64,000 nt of DNA from Eledone cirrhosa (lineage: Eukaryota). The position numbers and the translations under genes are program-made. The notes below the pieces were generated by a model. The model was not told the DNA's origin and ran no database searches. It was given only the letters and a program-made list of their open reading frames with translations. Location: the NCBI GenBank assembly GCA_964016885.1, contig OZ024744.1:65534001-65598000 (forward strand). Direction: 5' to 3'. Below, piece by piece: positions 63,609-64,000 of this stretch. Every line of letters begins with the position of its first letter. The first letter of the stretch is position 1.

Positions 63609-64000
63609 GCATGCCTCCAACGCTTCGACGACCTAATATTCGAGAGACTCGAGTGCCTGGTCAATGTTAGACTCTCTCCAGAGTCTCGCGATCAGGCTGC
63701 GTTGCCCAAGCGATTTGGGGGTCTTGGTCTTCGTAAGTGTTCGTCCCCCTCTCTCCCCTGCTTCCTTTCCTCCACCCACGCTTGCTCCACCCTGGTGAGC
63801 AGCATCCTCTCCTCTCCAACATGGACTAGTTCCAACAGGGAGTTGGGTGAAGCTCTCCAGCAATGGAGTGAGTTGGGTTTGTCTCTTCCTGAGAAGGTGG
63901 AGGACAATCGAAGTCAGAGAACTTGGGACAGCATAAGTTCGAAGGCCACCTTCGACTCCCTCTTCGTCCAGTCAGATCAGTTTGCAAGGTGCCGCTTACT
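63609..64000 (+). mobile_element. 5'-truncated CRE-clade retrotransposon; open frame runs off window end
   Basis: Stop-free frame from 63615: LQRFDDLIFERLECLVNVRLSPESRDQAALPKRFGGLGLR...LPCFLSS...SQRTWD...ARCRL. Begins directly after a (TA)n tract. Confidence 0.78.

Overview
AT-rich, repeat-dense animal genomic DNA; the SINE and RTE repertoire looks octopus/cephalopod-like (inference). The minus strand carries the first five coding exons of an MRCK/DMPK-family (Cdc42-binding, Genghis-khan-like) Ser/Thr kinase gene: 56942-56774, 26305-26214, 8685-8602, 4307-4212 and 2751-2509. All junctions are GT-AG and frame-consistent, and the gene continues left of the window. The introns are filled with mobile DNA: a near full-length decayed RTE LINE with a PHD-like finger inside its RT, tRNA-derived SINEs sharing its 3' tail, an L1/Tx1-type LINE, CRE-clade retrotransposon pieces, and piggyBac/hAT/mariner remnants. 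Upstream of the start codon (57.4-63.6 kb) is the most unusual part. It holds a ~2.9 kb (TA)n-spaced satellite of mini-hairpin units and several short non-coding cassettes between (TA)n tracts. These cassettes carry minimal type I hammerhead ribozyme folds (four near-complete, one degenerate) and long inverted repeats, including a 230-bp near-perfect palindrome with a hammerhead on each strand. This resembles Penelope-like or retrozyme-type non-autonomous elements targeting TA microsatellites. All structures were folded by eye; no searches were run, and repeat boundaries are approximate.
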